Positions 36,995 to 47,460 of a stretch of 64,000 nt of DNA are shown piece by piece. The stretch is from the NCBI GenBank assembly GCA_965226795.1, contig CBDDDZ010000005.1:1952001-2016000 (forward strand). Reading direction: 5' to 3'. The position numbers and the translations under genes are program-made. Positions within the stretch are counted from its first letter, which is position 1; each line of letters opens with the position of its first letter. This stretch comes from Candidatus Latescibacterota bacterium. Its GTDB lineage: Bacteria; Latescibacterota; UBA2968; GCA-2709665. The notes beneath the pieces are model-generated. The model saw only the letters and a program-made list of their open reading frames with translations. It ran no database searches and was not told the origin of the DNA.

Positions 36995-37440
36995 TTATCT
37001 CATTTTTCTTTTTTCTTCGTCCTTTTTCTTGTACGCCCAAGAAAAAGGACCAAAAAGAACGGCGCCTGCCTGCCGAGCACGACTCGGCGCAGGCAGGCCG
37101 TTCGGCACGGGGCCGGTTTTTCCGCGAATTGCCTAACGACCTGGCACAGGCTTCTTTGCCCTGCGTACCCGTACGAACCCACAGGGCTCCGGTGCTGGAC
37201 GGATTAACGCGGAAAAACCCCCATCTCCGCCACCGTTCGCACGAGGGATAAAGCGCAGTAGTGGGCGAAACGACCCAAATTCCACCCGACCGGGTTCATG
37301 ACGCGTGAAACCGTGAATGGGCGGGTGTAGGGTCGGCAGCCGCAATACGCTGCACAGGCTTGCCCCTTCTGACCCGATCCCGGCGTTGATGTCAATCGAT
37401 TGGCTTTTTGCTGTACGCTGACGGCTGACCGTTGATTGCT
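36995..37440. repeat. Non-coding stretch with small hairpin and short tandem repeat elements
   Basis: TTTTTCTTG-TACGCC-CAAGAAAAA hairpin, GCCTGC(CT)GCCGAG...CTCGGC-GCAGGC hairpin, and GCTGACG/GCTGACC heptamers near 37410-37435. Confidence 0.4.
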
Positions 37441-37799
37441 TTCCTTAGCCATTGAGAAACATAGTGTTATTTTCTCGCACCAGGCGACGAGCGTCCATAA
37501 GCTGGGTTTCACCGAGGTCCATCTTTCCCGCTTTTTCCAGCCGCCCGCTGCTAGACTCGAGATCCGATTGAAAGTCCTGTCGGGGTCTTTTTTTGTACGG
37601 AACAATGCACCAGAACTGTCGCAAAATGCAACACATCCGGATCAGGGTTGAATTGCCCATCATTGCCGATTCTCATATATTCCCCTTGCATCCAATTGAC
37701 TCCATCCAAGCGGGTTTGGTCGAAGATAGCCATCCATGTAGACTTATGGCTTCCAAAGTGGTGAGTCGTAATCGTGGAAACGAGAAACGTGAGTCGACA

Positions 37800-38606
37800 A
37801 TGAACGATCCTCATGTGGTTGCGTTGATTTACAATGTCGATCATGGAAAAGCGGTGATATACGACGAAGCGGAACCGCTCGTTGTGGAAGAAAAAGCGTT
37901 TCGTCTCAAAGTGAAGGACAAGAAAGCGTCGTTCTATCTGAAATATCATTACGCGACAGAAGCAGAAGCCCGTAAAGCCATCGATGAATACATCCGCAAT
38001 TGGGAATTTGATGGTTGTCTGCAAGGTGGTCCCGACTGCATTAGTTTGGAATTTGAAAGCGCCGATATTAAGGATCGGGATCCACCACCTCCACCACCTC
38101 CAACACCGGGTATCAAAAACATTGGCGCTACGTTTGTACGTAGTGGTGGAACTGTATCTGTAGCTGTTTCCAAAGGAGTCACGAATTACCCGTCACCACC
38201 AACCGATGTCAGCGTCACTCCGGACGTTCAAACGATGTATGATCGGTATATGGGCCATCGTCGCGGCCACGAGCCGTTGACCGGAATGGCGTATTTCTGC
38301 TTTACGTTTCTGAATTATTTGGGAGAAATGGGATTGAACAATGGGACAAAAGGCGTAGGTGCGGCGGCTGGATATTTCCAAATTGGAAGGAAAGTGCTCA
38401 CAACGGTGTCTGAGCTTTCTTCAACGAAAGGTGGTCGGCTCGAAGCCAGAAAACACATGGGCGTTGGACAAGACCTGACAATTGAAGAGCGACGATTTCT
38501 AAAAGAGGCTGTCAAGAAGATAATCCGCCGAGTGGCTGAGAAGGCGCACGCGCCCGAGAAGGATCTGACGAAAATCACATTATTAGATCTACCACGATGC
38601 GAGTAA
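37800..38606 (+). CDS. Hypothetical protein
   Basis: AT-richer ORF from ATG 37800 (MNDPHVVALIY) with a polyproline stretch; family not recognised. Confidence 0.7.
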   Translation: MNDPHVVALIYNVDHGKAVIYDEAEPLVVEEKAFRLKVKDKKASFYLKYHYATEAEARKAIDEYIRNWEFDGCLQGGPDCISLEFESADIKDRDPPPPPPPTPGIKNIGATFVRSGGTVSVAVSKGVTNYPSPPTDVSVTPDVQTMYDRYMGHRRGHEPLTGMAYFCFTFLNYLGEMGLNNGTKGVGAAAGYFQIGRKVLTTVSELSSTKGGRLEARKHMGVGQDLTIEERRFLKEAVKKIIRRVAEKAHAPEKDLTKITLLDLPRCE

Positions 38607-38786
38607 ACATTTCGAGCCTGGCGTCCGTTACGCAAAAATGGCCGATTGGAGGCCCAATACTGTCTGCGATGGTTTCCTCGAATTTCTCCTTTTTAGCGAA
38701 TCCAGTCAGTCGCATACACTATCAGCGGACGTTGAGCGGCAAGATTTCGTTCAGATCCCGCGACTTGAATCCTACATGGGCGACGC

Positions 38787-39329
38787 GTGATCAATCATAA
38801 AGGAACATCTGCGGTGTTAGAAAATGAAGGTCGTCGTGCGACGTGGGATCCGGATCACATGATGTTGAATGCAAAGTCGTTGAAGTGTGTCGCCAGCGGC
38901 TTGGATGAGAAGTTGCCCGAAGCTCGAAATGCTGACCCGGTTCTTTTCAGAGGTATGTTCTTGGCGGCTCCTATCCTATGGACGCTGGCAACAGAAATCG
39001 CGCTGAAGGCATTTCAATGTCGAGAACGGGAGAGTGAACCTGACCACATTCATGACTTGTTGGCGCTGTACGAAGCGCTGGATCCATTGTCACAGACTCT
39101 TCTCGCAAACGTGATGTCAGGTGAAGAACGCCAAATCCGGTGTTTGATTTCGGAGATATGGATGCCCGGAGATACGGCCTTGCGTGCAATCCTGAGATAC
39201 CATAGATTCACTTTCGAGCGCTGGAGGTATTATTACGAAAACCAAGAGGATGTCTTTTACAATTTCCTCGGCCAAGCGCTGACGGAGATTATCAATATCT
39301 ACGATGAGACTCGGAGTGATCCAGCCTGA
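38787..39329 (+). CDS. HEPN-domain-like protein
   Basis: ATEIALKA...HIHDLLALY...FERWRY pattern typical of HEPN helical bundles. Confidence 0.65.
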   Translation: MINHKGTSAVLENEGRRATWDPDHMMLNAKSLKCVASGLDEKLPEARNADPVLFRGMFLAAPILWTLATEIALKAFQCRERESEPDHIHDLLALYEALDPLSQTLLANVMSGEERQIRCLISEIWMPGDTALRAILRYHRFTFERWRYYYENQEDVFYNFLGQALTEIINIYDETRSDPA

Positions 39330-39803
39330 CGTCCTGACAATGGAAAGACGCACGCCATCAGTGAAGCGACGTAGGACGAGTACACGTGTTTAACGCAAAT
39401 GTGGCTACCTTTCCGTTTTAGCTTGCCAACCGCTGGATAACGCGAAACACCCAACGGTTGATCCCATCGGAGTTTCTTGCAATTCGAGCGCCGTTATTTG
39501 AGGCATCCGTGGTAACTGCCGCGAAGACGGCGTGGCTGAGCCGCTGTACGGCAAGCCTTTTCGAAGTTTATTAGCCGTGGCTTCGGGACTGTGTTCGCGA
39601 CATTATTGACGATATGGGATTGTAGGTGACGTTCGTGGCTCGTCAGATCACCCGCGCTAGGCAGGTGGTCAAAACGGATTGATCAGAGGGCAAGATTTCA
39701 GCCGGCGTGGAGACGTCGGATCTGCGAACATGAGACGTGCTGTCAATCCTTCAGTACGGCACGAAGTAAAGTGCGATAACGTAAATAGTAGGAGGGGTGA
39801 AGA

Positions 39804-40896
39804 ATGACTTGCAATTTCAGACACGACAGGTCCGGAACGAACGACGCACGGAAACTCGAAAGTTCACGCCCCATGCGCCGAAGCCAGCTTTTTCGTTGGA
39901 GTCTGTTGGCCGGCCGGAGTGCTGCTACTCCTGATCATCGCCATACCGTTGATCATGGCGGCGGCGAAGGATCGGCAGCTGAAGCTCGTGTCGACGGCGT
40001 GGTCGCCGTTCACCAACGCTCCAGAACAGCCGCGGTTCGCCCTCGATCTGGTCGAGGCGGCTCTCGAACGCATCGGGGTCATCGCCGAAACGGTCATCGT
40101 GGATGAGGCCAGGCTGACGCCCTCACTGCTGAGCGGCGATTTCGATGGAAGCGCGGCCCTCTGGAAGGACGCGGAGCGCGAACGCGTACTGATTTACTCG
40201 CAGCCGTATCTCGAGAACCGGTTGATCCTCGTCGGTCGGAACGGCAGCGACGTATCCGCGGCCTCGCTGGCCGACCTCGCCGGCAAGCGGATCGCCCGGG
40301 TCGCCGGGTACGCGTAAGGCGAGGCAGTCGAGACGACGGACGGGCCGATCATCGTTGGCTCCAACAGCGAAGAGAACAGCGTCGCAAAACTCCTCAAAGG
40401 TGAGGTGGACTACACCTTGATGGACGACCTCGTCATCCAGTACCTCATCAGCAACCACGCAGAAGTCGCTCGAACGCGACTGGCGTTCGGCTCGACGCCG
40501 CTGCTCATACGCTCGCTTCACCTTGCCGTCCGCCGGTCGCTTCCGGACGCCGGGTCGATCATCTCGCGGTTCAACGACGAGTTGCGCGGCATGATCGCCG
40601 ACCGCAGCTACCATCGCCTGCTCCGTCTCGACTGGATTCGAGCAGACGTGGATGGCGACGGTCTCAGGGAGTACGTGCCTCACGTCGACCAGACCGGACC
40701 GCGCCCCCCGGAGCGATCCTACGACCTCTTCGCGTCGGGCAGTCCGACCACGGAGGCCGGAAAGACGCGGCGGTTCTACTTCGGCGGCAACATTTACGAA
40801 GGCTGGTCCAGCGTGCCCGACAAGTTTAAAGCCCAGGACTTCACGAAAGCCGAACCGGGTCGACTCAAGATCGAAATTTTCACCTTCGAGTTTTAA
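39804..40896 (+). pseudogene. Family-3-like substrate-binding protein with two lesions
   Basis: AGGAGG RBS then ATG 39804. A CCGG duplication at ~39910-39917 shifts the signal peptide. In-frame TAA at 40315-40317 (GYA*GEAV) is followed by the same frame to 40896. Confidence 0.8.
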
Positions 40897-40936
40897 CGGG
40901 AGCGAGGTCACTGCGATCGTGTCAAGAGATCTGTCT

Positions 40937-41746
40937 ATGGGGAGCGTGCAGATGGTGTTTGGACGAACAGGGTTGACGACGACCGTCCTCACGATTCTCG
41001 TGCTTCTGGCCGCAGCCTTTACGGGTTCCGCGGAAGAACAACGCGATAAGGACGTGGAGGATGTGCGGCGACGCGCCGGACAAGGCGAAGCCGAAGCCCA
41101 ATACAACCTCGGGTTGATGTACCAAACGGGCCGAGGCGTAAAACAGGACGACGCGGAGGCGGTCAGGTTGTATCGTCGAGCCGCCGACCAGGGTCACACG
41201 GGAGCGCAGAACAACCTCGGATGGATGTACGCCAATGGTCTGGGCGTCAAGCGGGACAATGCAGAGGCAGTCAAATGGTACCGGTCCGCCGCGGATCAAG
41301 GACACGACGACGCCCAGGTCAACCTCGGGACGATGTATCGAATTGGGCAAGGCGTGAAGCCGGACGTCAAGGTGGCGGTCACGTGGTACCGGCGCGCGGC
41401 CGATCAGGGCCACGTTGGCGCCCAATACCTCCTCGGGACCATGTACGCCAACGCCCGCGGGGTGCCCCGGGACTACCCCGAGGCGCTCAAGTGGTTCCGC
41501 CGCGCTATCGATCAGGGCTATGCGCCTGCACGATCCCAACTCGGAATGATGTACGCCATGGGCCTCGGCCTGGATCGGGACGACGTTTCAGCCCATGCAC
41601 ACTGCAGTCTGGCCGCCGCCTCGGGTGACAACCTGGGGAGAACCGTGCGCGACAACCTGGAAAAGTCGATGACGGCCGCCCAGATATCGGAAGCCCGGCG
41701 GCTCGCACAGGAGTGGAGCAAGAAAGCAAAGTCCGTGCAGGAATAG
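40937..41746 (+). CDS. Sel1-like repeat protein, probably exported
   Basis: Repeated AQxNLGxMYxxGxGVxxDxxEAVxWYRxAADQG units after a hydrophobic leader. Confidence 0.92.
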   Translation: MGSVQMVFGRTGLTTTVLTILVLLAAAFTGSAEEQRDKDVEDVRRRAGQGEAEAQYNLGLMYQTGRGVKQDDAEAVRLYRRAADQGHTGAQNNLGWMYANGLGVKRDNAEAVKWYRSAADQGHDDAQVNLGTMYRIGQGVKPDVKVAVTWYRRAADQGHVGAQYLLGTMYANARGVPRDYPEALKWFRRAIDQGYAPARSQLGMMYAMGLGLDRDDVSAHAHCSLAAASGDNLGRTVRDNLEKSMTAAQISEARRLAQEWSKKAKSVQE

Positions 41747-41990
41747 ACGACGGGGCCGCGTTTCGCGCGATTGGAAACTGATTCGCGGGTATGATTTTCG
41801 CAGGTCGAATTGGCAATCTCAGCGAGAAATCAGAACCCCGCACCTTTCACCCTTTGACCTGCCTCGACCGTCTCACTTTGAATTGGGCAAAACATATTTG
41901 TCCCCGTTGACATACGAACCACGCTGCTGCATTTTGTTGTCAATTCAGTACTTGTTTCAGCCGGAATCTGCCTCTCTCCCACATGGAGAT

Positions 41991-42503
41991 ATGGATATGG
42001 CATCGCTTCTTCCCGTTGAGAGACCTTATAGTTTCGTCGCAGAATCGACGCCGAGTTACACGGATGCTCGCAACCTCAAGGACGACTCAGCCGTTGAACG
42101 ATTTATTCAGGATGTCCGACGTGCCGTAGACGAGATAAACGCGGTTGCGCTAAAAAAAATCTCTGGACTTCACGATGCCCTGGAGCACCTGGAAAAGACA
42201 CCAAAAGATTTCCGTTCGTTGGGTAAGGATGTAGACGTAGGAACACTGATCAAGCAAATTGAGAAATCCGAGCGTGAAGAAAAGAAGGCGAGGGTATTTA
42301 TCTCCTCTTCTCAGAAAATACTGACGGGAACAGATCAAATCCTGGTCCGTAAAATGCAGGAGGCAGACGAGAATTTATACGACATAATATCTCTGCTTCA
42401 AGAGATCCAGTGGCGCATTATGATCCTTGATAGCAAAGAACAACCCGGTTCCGGGAAGGTCTATAGTTCGGCAAGAGAAGCCCTCGATGCTTTATGGAGT
42501 TAG
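41991..42503 (+). CDS. Hypothetical helical protein, candidate antitoxin
   Basis: GGAG RBS; C-terminus GKVYSSAREALDAL resembles antitoxin tails; directly precedes a RelE-like frame. Confidence 0.6.
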   Translation: MDMASLLPVERPYSFVAESTPSYTDARNLKDDSAVERFIQDVRRAVDEINAVALKKISGLHDALEHLEKTPKDFRSLGKDVDVGTLIKQIEKSEREEKKARVFISSSQKILTGTDQILVRKMQEADENLYDIISLLQEIQWRIMILDSKEQPGSGKVYSSAREALDALWS

Positions 42504-42506
42504 GGC

Positions 42507-42845
42507 GTACACGGATTTCAACTACCTCCCTTCAATACATTCAAGTACAATTCTCTGATTAAGGGAGACGTCAAGCGTTTACCGCCTGAAATAAAGAGCC
42601 AATTCGAGGCGGTTCTCTTTGAATTAGAAAAAGGTACATTGTCCAGTGGCCGACGCCTTGAAAAAGTGGGTGGTTCTTTTACAGTTCGTCTAAACCAAAA
42701 ATTCCGATTGGCTTTTTCCATCCACAACAGCGACACCATTGAATTTCTAACCGTAGGAAATCACGATCAAGTGTATGGATATTTGAACAGGACACGGATA
42801 AAAAGAAAATCGGCAGAGTACCTGAGGCGACAACGGAAACGATAG
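42507..42845 (+). CDS. RelE/ParE-like toxin lacking a canonical start codon (possible pseudogene)
   Basis: Frame reads VHGFQLPPFNTFKYNSLIKGDVKRLPPEIK...FTVRLNQKFRLAF...VGNHDQVY; first codon is GTA, 7 nt after GGAG. Confidence 0.6.
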   Translation, partial: VHGFQLPPFNTFKYNSLIKGDVKRLPPEIKSQFEAVLFELEKGTLSSGRRLEKVGGSFTVRLNQKFRLAFSIHNSDTIEFLTVGNHDQVYGYLNRTRIKRKSAEYLRRQRKR

Positions 42846-42871
42846 ATCCGCAAGGACGTTACGAAAAAAGT

Positions 42872-42898
42872 AGGCCCCCTGAAAACCGGGGGCCTTTC
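42872..42898. terminator. Probable bidirectional terminator between convergent TA loci
   Basis: AGGCCCCC...GGGGGCCT stem with an A run upstream and T residues downstream. Confidence 0.65.
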
Positions 42899-42921
42899 GT
42901 ATTGACGATATCGGGTCGATC

Positions 42922-43215
42922 TCATACGGGTTTCGGTTCGTAGCGATCGACCTCGATTTCATGCTCTCGAGCCTGCGCCTGAGCGACGTCGTAGGCCGCC
43001 TGCAGGCGTATCCAGGTCTCCGTCGTGGAGCCGAAGGCCTTGGCCAGCCGAACCGCCATGTCGCCGGAAATACGCGAGTGGCAATTGACCAGGTTCGAGA
43101 GCGCCTGGCGGCTCACTCCAAGGACCTTCGCGCCGTCAGTGACGCTCAGGCAAAGTGGCTCCAGGCATGACACACGCACCACCTTGCCTGGGTGCGGCGG
43201 GTTCTTCATCGGCAT
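42922..43215 (-). CDS. higA: HigA-family antitoxin
   Basis: MKNPPHPG...LSVTDGAKVLGVSRQALS...MAVRLAKAFG...WIRLQAAYD. Confidence 0.95.
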   Translation of the reverse strand: MPMKNPPHPGKVVRVSCLEPLCLSVTDGAKVLGVSRQALSNLVNCHSRISGDMAVRLAKAFGSTTETWIRLQAAYDVAQAQAREHEIEVDRYEPKPV

Positions 43216-43231
43216 CGTGGTTCTCCTTTTG

Positions 43232-43510
43232 TCAGTGGTAGTCGATCAACTCCACGTCGTGGACGTCCCCGCCATCAAAGCGAAATATAATGCGCCAATT
43301 GGCCCTCACCGTGACCGACCAATAGCCCTTCAGATTCCCCTTGAGGGCATGCAGCCGGTATTGAGGTAAACGCATGGCTTCAGGGGAGCCGGCGACATCG
43401 AGCAGGGCGAGCATCGCTTCTAGCCGGTCGTGCAGGTCCGGACGGATAAGGCTGCGGTCGTCGCGTTCGTAGAAGCACTTGAGTCCTCGATGCCGGAAGC
43501 TCCGTATCAT
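43232..43510 (-). CDS. higB: HigB-family toxin (plasmid maintenance killer type)
   Basis: MIRSFRHRGL...RLHALKG...WSVTVRANWRIIFRF...LIDYH. Confidence 0.95.
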   Translation of the reverse strand: MIRSFRHRGLKCFYERDDRSLIRPDLHDRLEAMLALLDVAGSPEAMRLPQYRLHALKGNLKGYWSVTVRANWRIIFRFDGGDVHDVELIDYH

Positions 43511-43516
43511 CCAAAT

Positions 43517-43545
43517 AATGTAAAGTGTCTATGGACACTTGTCAA
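43517..43545 (-). promoter_or_regulatory. higBA promoter with palindromic operator, probably leaderless
   Basis: TTGACA-17 nt-TACATT, then 6 nt, then ATG; AAGTGTC-TATG-GACACTT palindrome at 43523-43540. Confidence 0.75.
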
Positions 43546-43851
43546 TAAAGAGCCGAATTGAATCCCAGCCGACAACGCCCGGCGCCGTCCTTGTCGGAGC
43601 GCCGGGTCCAGATGGCCTCGACGTGTGGTAGGGCTTGGTACCGGCGATGAGATGTAGGGGGTCGTCGCACAAACGGTCAATTCCTGGGAGCGTGGGTGGG
43701 AAAGAAAATTGCGAGATTCCATCCAAGCGAATTCTCATCGTGCAAACCCACAGTTTGCTCAACGGTACGGATCTTAGTCGCGCAAAGTACGACGTAGACG
43801 CAGGAGTTTATTGGGTCGAAATTTTGCATTTCAATTGCATAATTTCCAGTT

Positions 43852-44724
43852 ATGTGCAAAACGTACATCAAACGCTCACTGGAACCGGTCCTCAAGAAGG
43901 CGGCTGTCGAATTCCCGGCCGTCGTCCTGACCGGACCGCGCCACGCCGGCAAGACAAACACTGCTTCAGCGTCTCTTAGCACAGCAGTGTCGCTACGTAT
44001 CTCTAGAGCCCCCGGACGTTCGTGTGGCTGCCACGGAAGACCTGCGCGGGTTTCCGGAGTTGTATCCGGCGCCGGTAATCTGTGACGATGTGCATTACGC
44101 GCCCGATCTGCTTCCATATATCAAAGAGAAGATCGACGCGAACCGAAACAGAACCGGTCAATACGATAAAGGCCTGGCTGTCCGTACTCGAGGCCACGTA
44201 CCAGGTGATCGTCCTGCGGCCCCTACTTCGCCAACGTCGGAAAACGGCTTGTCAAGACCCCGAAAGTCTATTTCACCGACGTCGGCACGCTATGCCACCT
44301 GGTCGGCCTCAAGGATCCGGAGCATGCTGCCTCGGGGCCCATGGGCGGCGCCATCCTGGAGACAGCGGTCCTGTCCGAAATATATCGGACGTTGACCCAT
44401 CGCGGAATAGAACCACCGGTCTACTTCTGGCGGACCCTGGCGGGAACGGAAGTCGATTTCGTGGTCGAGACAGGCGCCGGGCTCGTTCCCATCGAGGTGC
44501 GGTTGTCCGCTACGCCCCGTCCGGTTATGGCCCGGGCCATCAGGACGTTCCAGGGCGATATGAAGACCGGGTCGAAACCGGGCTACGTCGTGCATCCGGG
44601 CGACATCCGCTTACCGCTCGGACCGGCTGTTACCGCCTTGCCTCTCGCCGACCTCTGGCGTTGCCTTAATGATCTAGGGACATTGCAGACGTGCAAGATC
44701 GTGTGCCGAAACAAGCGTGTGTAG
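43852..44724 (+). pseudogene. Degraded AAA ATPase/DUF4143-family gene
   Basis: Fragments in several frames: YIKRSLEP...VVLTGPRHAGKT, DDVHYAPDL, PKVYFTD, YFWRT...EVDFVV...IEV; central deletion. Confidence 0.8.
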
Positions 44725-44931
44725 TGGGCACTATCATGTATCACACTATACAAGAGCAAGTGATGCGTTTTCCGCAGGATTCCGTGTTGGGTAGGCCACC
44801 CGCCCGAAGAACCCACACAACCGAATGCAGAGACGACGGAAACTGCGGAACTCGAGCTTCGGCACCGTTATCATCAGTTCCAAACGCACGGCATGGTCCA
44901 CAACCTGTGGACTGACGACCTCGCGCCTGGA

Positions 44932-46434
44932 CTAGCGAGAGATGGCTTCCTCGAATTCCGCGAGTTCAACATCTTCGTAATTTTTCGCAATGATTGAAGT
45001 CGAGTCGTTTCTCTCCCATGCGTCCCAATGCTTCCGGATGGCGCCGCGGGCGTTCTCGACCAGGCTGTCGGGTTCCGGGTGAATGATCACAAACCGCCTT
45101 CCCGATCTTCCATAGTACCAGTCGACCAACTCGCTGTTGATTCCCCTATCGCCGAAGCCGTAGCCCCAGACGACCATTGTACTTGCGCTGGCAATGGTCG
45201 ATCGGAAACGATGGTGGAGTTCGCGAAAAACACCTGCGCCATATTCGAGGACATCATGAATCGCACCGATCAACATCATCCGCGGGCTGTCTTCGGCGTA
45301 CAAAAAGCCGCCGCCATCCTCGATGCGCTGGGGATAGATATTCGGCGGAACGCGTCTTATTCTCCCGTCCCTGTAGCGGTACCAGTTGACGGAGCCGCGC
45401 AACTTCAGGAACGGAATCTTCACGTCCGATGCGAGATCGCCGTTCCACAACGAAATGTTATCCTCATGGCCCGAGAATCCGTCGGCGAGCGCGATACCCC
45501 TGCCCTTCAGAAAGGACTCGACGTGCGTGTCGTGACAGAGCGTGGATATACTGGTGACGTTGAAGGCCTTGCAGGCGTGTTCCACCACATTCAGCTGAGG
45601 GTTTCGCTCCGGCGGCGGCCGGTGAATCAGGAGGCTTTGCCTGACAACGTCCGCAATGTAGTGGCAGGTCTCCCTCAGCAAGTCTCCCAGATCGTCCGGA
45701 ACACCCGGACCAGGCAGCTGCCCGCCGTGTGCGTTGGCGTCGGATGCGGCCTGGATCAGTGGCGGCCAGTCGGCTCTCAGCCTGTCCACGAACCGGCGAA
45801 CGGCTGGGTTCTCCTTCTCGCCGGTCTCCTCATCCAGCGCCTGCCGGGCCAAGAAGTAGATATCCTCATAGGTGGCGTCTCTACGGGCGGGTGTGGAAAG
45901 GTACGATTCCGCCTCTGCGCGAAGCCGTCCGACCATGCTGTTCGGTAGCTTTACCGCCGTCGTTCGCGGTTCATCGCCCCCACCGATGTAAAAGCACCCG
46001 TCGCTGTGCCTGGTAACGCCGCGACCGGAAACAACCAGGTCGGTGAGGTCCCGCATTGACGGGAAGCCGGCCGTTAACGACGCGTCGGAGCCCAGCAGAA
46101 GCGCGATATCGGGATTCGCGATTGCGCCGTGTCCCCGCCGCATGACGGCGTGCGGCCCGAAGCGCTCGACCTCGATGCGATCTTCCTCCCGGCGCGCCTC
46201 CAGGAGATCGCAGTCGGTCTGCCGGCGCAGCCATAAATCCGCGGTGGACCACCCCGCCTTTTCCAGTCTTATGGCCATTTCGGGCGAGACCGCCGCGTGG
46301 CCGTTGAGCACCCGCGACAGCGTGTGGCGCGCAACGCCCAGCACCCGCGCCGCGTCGGTGACGCTCAGGCCCAGCGGTTCCAGAAAGTTCTCCTTGATAC
46401 TTCGGCCGGGATGGGACGGATTCTCCATAGCCAT
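44932..46434 (-). CDS. HigA-type HTH fused to a SIR2-like domain with degenerate motifs
   Basis: Residues ~1-92 are HigA-like (NPSHPG...[13 protein letters not shown]). The rest has [28 protein letters not shown] and GYGFGD. Confidence 0.8.
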   Translation of the reverse strand: MAMENPSHPGRSIKENFLEPLGLSVTDAARVLGVARHTLSRVLNGHAAVSPEMAIRLEKAGWSTADLWLRRQTDCDLLEARREEDRIEVERFGPHAVMRRGHGAIANPDIALLLGSDASLTAGFPSMRDLTDLVVSGRGVTRHSDGCFYIGGGDEPRTTAVKLPNSMVGRLRAEAESYLSTPARRDATYEDIYFLARQALDEETGEKENPAVRRFVDRLRADWPPLIQAASDANAHGGQLPGPGVPDDLGDLLRETCHYIADVVRQSLLIHRPPPERNPQLNVVEHACKAFNVTSISTLCHDTHVESFLKGRGIALADGFSGHEDNISLWNGDLASDVKIPFLKLRGSVNWYRYRDGRIRRVPPNIYPQRIEDGGGFLYAEDSPRMMLIGAIHDVLEYGAGVFRELHHRFRSTIASASTMVVWGYGFGDRGINSELVDWYYGRSGRRFVIIHPEPDSLVENARGAIRKHWDAWERNDSTSIIAKNYEDVELAEFEEAISR

Positions 46435-46836
46435 GATCTCTACCTCGTGCCGTTGATGGTCAACCAGGTCCGGCGCCGGACGCGTTACCCTCCCCGGAAG
46501 GTTGAGTTAATTCGCCAACCTATTGATTCGTAGTATGTTACATCGTCATCGGATTGGGTTTCGCCGGGCGACGCCGACGAGATCAGTCCATGCGGGGGCG
46601 ATCCGTTCCCCCGGGGTCGGCGCGAACCGTTCCGGATTCTCCATGCTCGCATAGGCGTTTGAGACCGCGGTGCAACAGCAGGCCGATTGAAAGTAATATA
46701 TCGCGTACCGGTACGCATATCAAATAGTTTTTTCCGTAATCTTTGCCGGATCGCAGACAATCTCATGGGGCCAGCTACGCCACCCAAAAGACACGAGCGG
46801 GTCGTCGCACAGACTGCCAATTTATGGGCCGGAAGT

Positions 46837-47233
46837 TCACATTTGCGACACGCCGTCAATCCGCGCAGTCTTTTTGTCGAAGCTGTAGAGCGGATACGCT
46901 CCGGATCGTTCGGACGCCGCAAGGATCATCAGATCGGAGAATCCGCCGCCGGACGCGCGGTATTGCAACGCAGCGCGAGCCACGTCGTTGGCCTCTTCCA
47001 TAACGAGTCCCTCCGGTGGCCACCAGTTCCACCAGTATCTTCGCAACCTTTCCAGGCGAGAAGCCGTAAGCCCGTTCCAGCACCCGCACAAGCTCGATGA
47101 TCACCTCGCGGCAGACGAACCCCGGACGGTCGTCTGCAGTGAGTGACTCCAACAGGGCGCGGGCCTCCTCGGCCTGCTGCTCGTCGTCGCGCACCAGAAA
47201 GCGAACAAGCACATTCGTATCGAGACCGATCAT
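46837..47233 (-). pseudogene. vapC: VapC PIN toxin, frameshifted
   Basis: MIGLDTNVLVRFLV...E; an extra base at ~47013 disconnects the C-terminal GFSDLMI...YSFDKK ending at 46837. Confidence 0.85.
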
Positions 47234-47460
47234 TCCCCGGCCGCCCCATCGGATACGGCCTGCTCCATTTCCTCGACAGTCACGGCGGCGCCGTGATGCC
47301 GCAGCACCCCGTATAACCGGCTGATCGGCCGCAATGGCAGAAGGCGCACGTCGCCGTCGGTAACGACGTACCGCAACCGGTGCCCGGCCTGTACGCCGAA
47401 CGCCTCCCGGACGGACTTGGGAATTGTCTCTCCCTTACTGGTTATTGAAGATTCATACAT
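47230..47460 (-). CDS. AbrB/MazE-type antitoxin (VapB)
   Basis: SSITSKGETIPKSVREAFG; overlaps the vapC start. Confidence 0.85.
   Translation of the reverse strand: MYESSITSKGETIPKSVREAFGVQAGHRLRYVVTDGDVRLLPLRPISRLYGVLRHHGAAVTVEEMEQAVSDGAAGE

Noticed and set aside
40315..40317. In-frame stop as programmed recoding
   Set aside because: The codon is TAA, most simply a TAC-to-TAA change, and the gene has a second independent frameshift, so decay is the simpler explanation.
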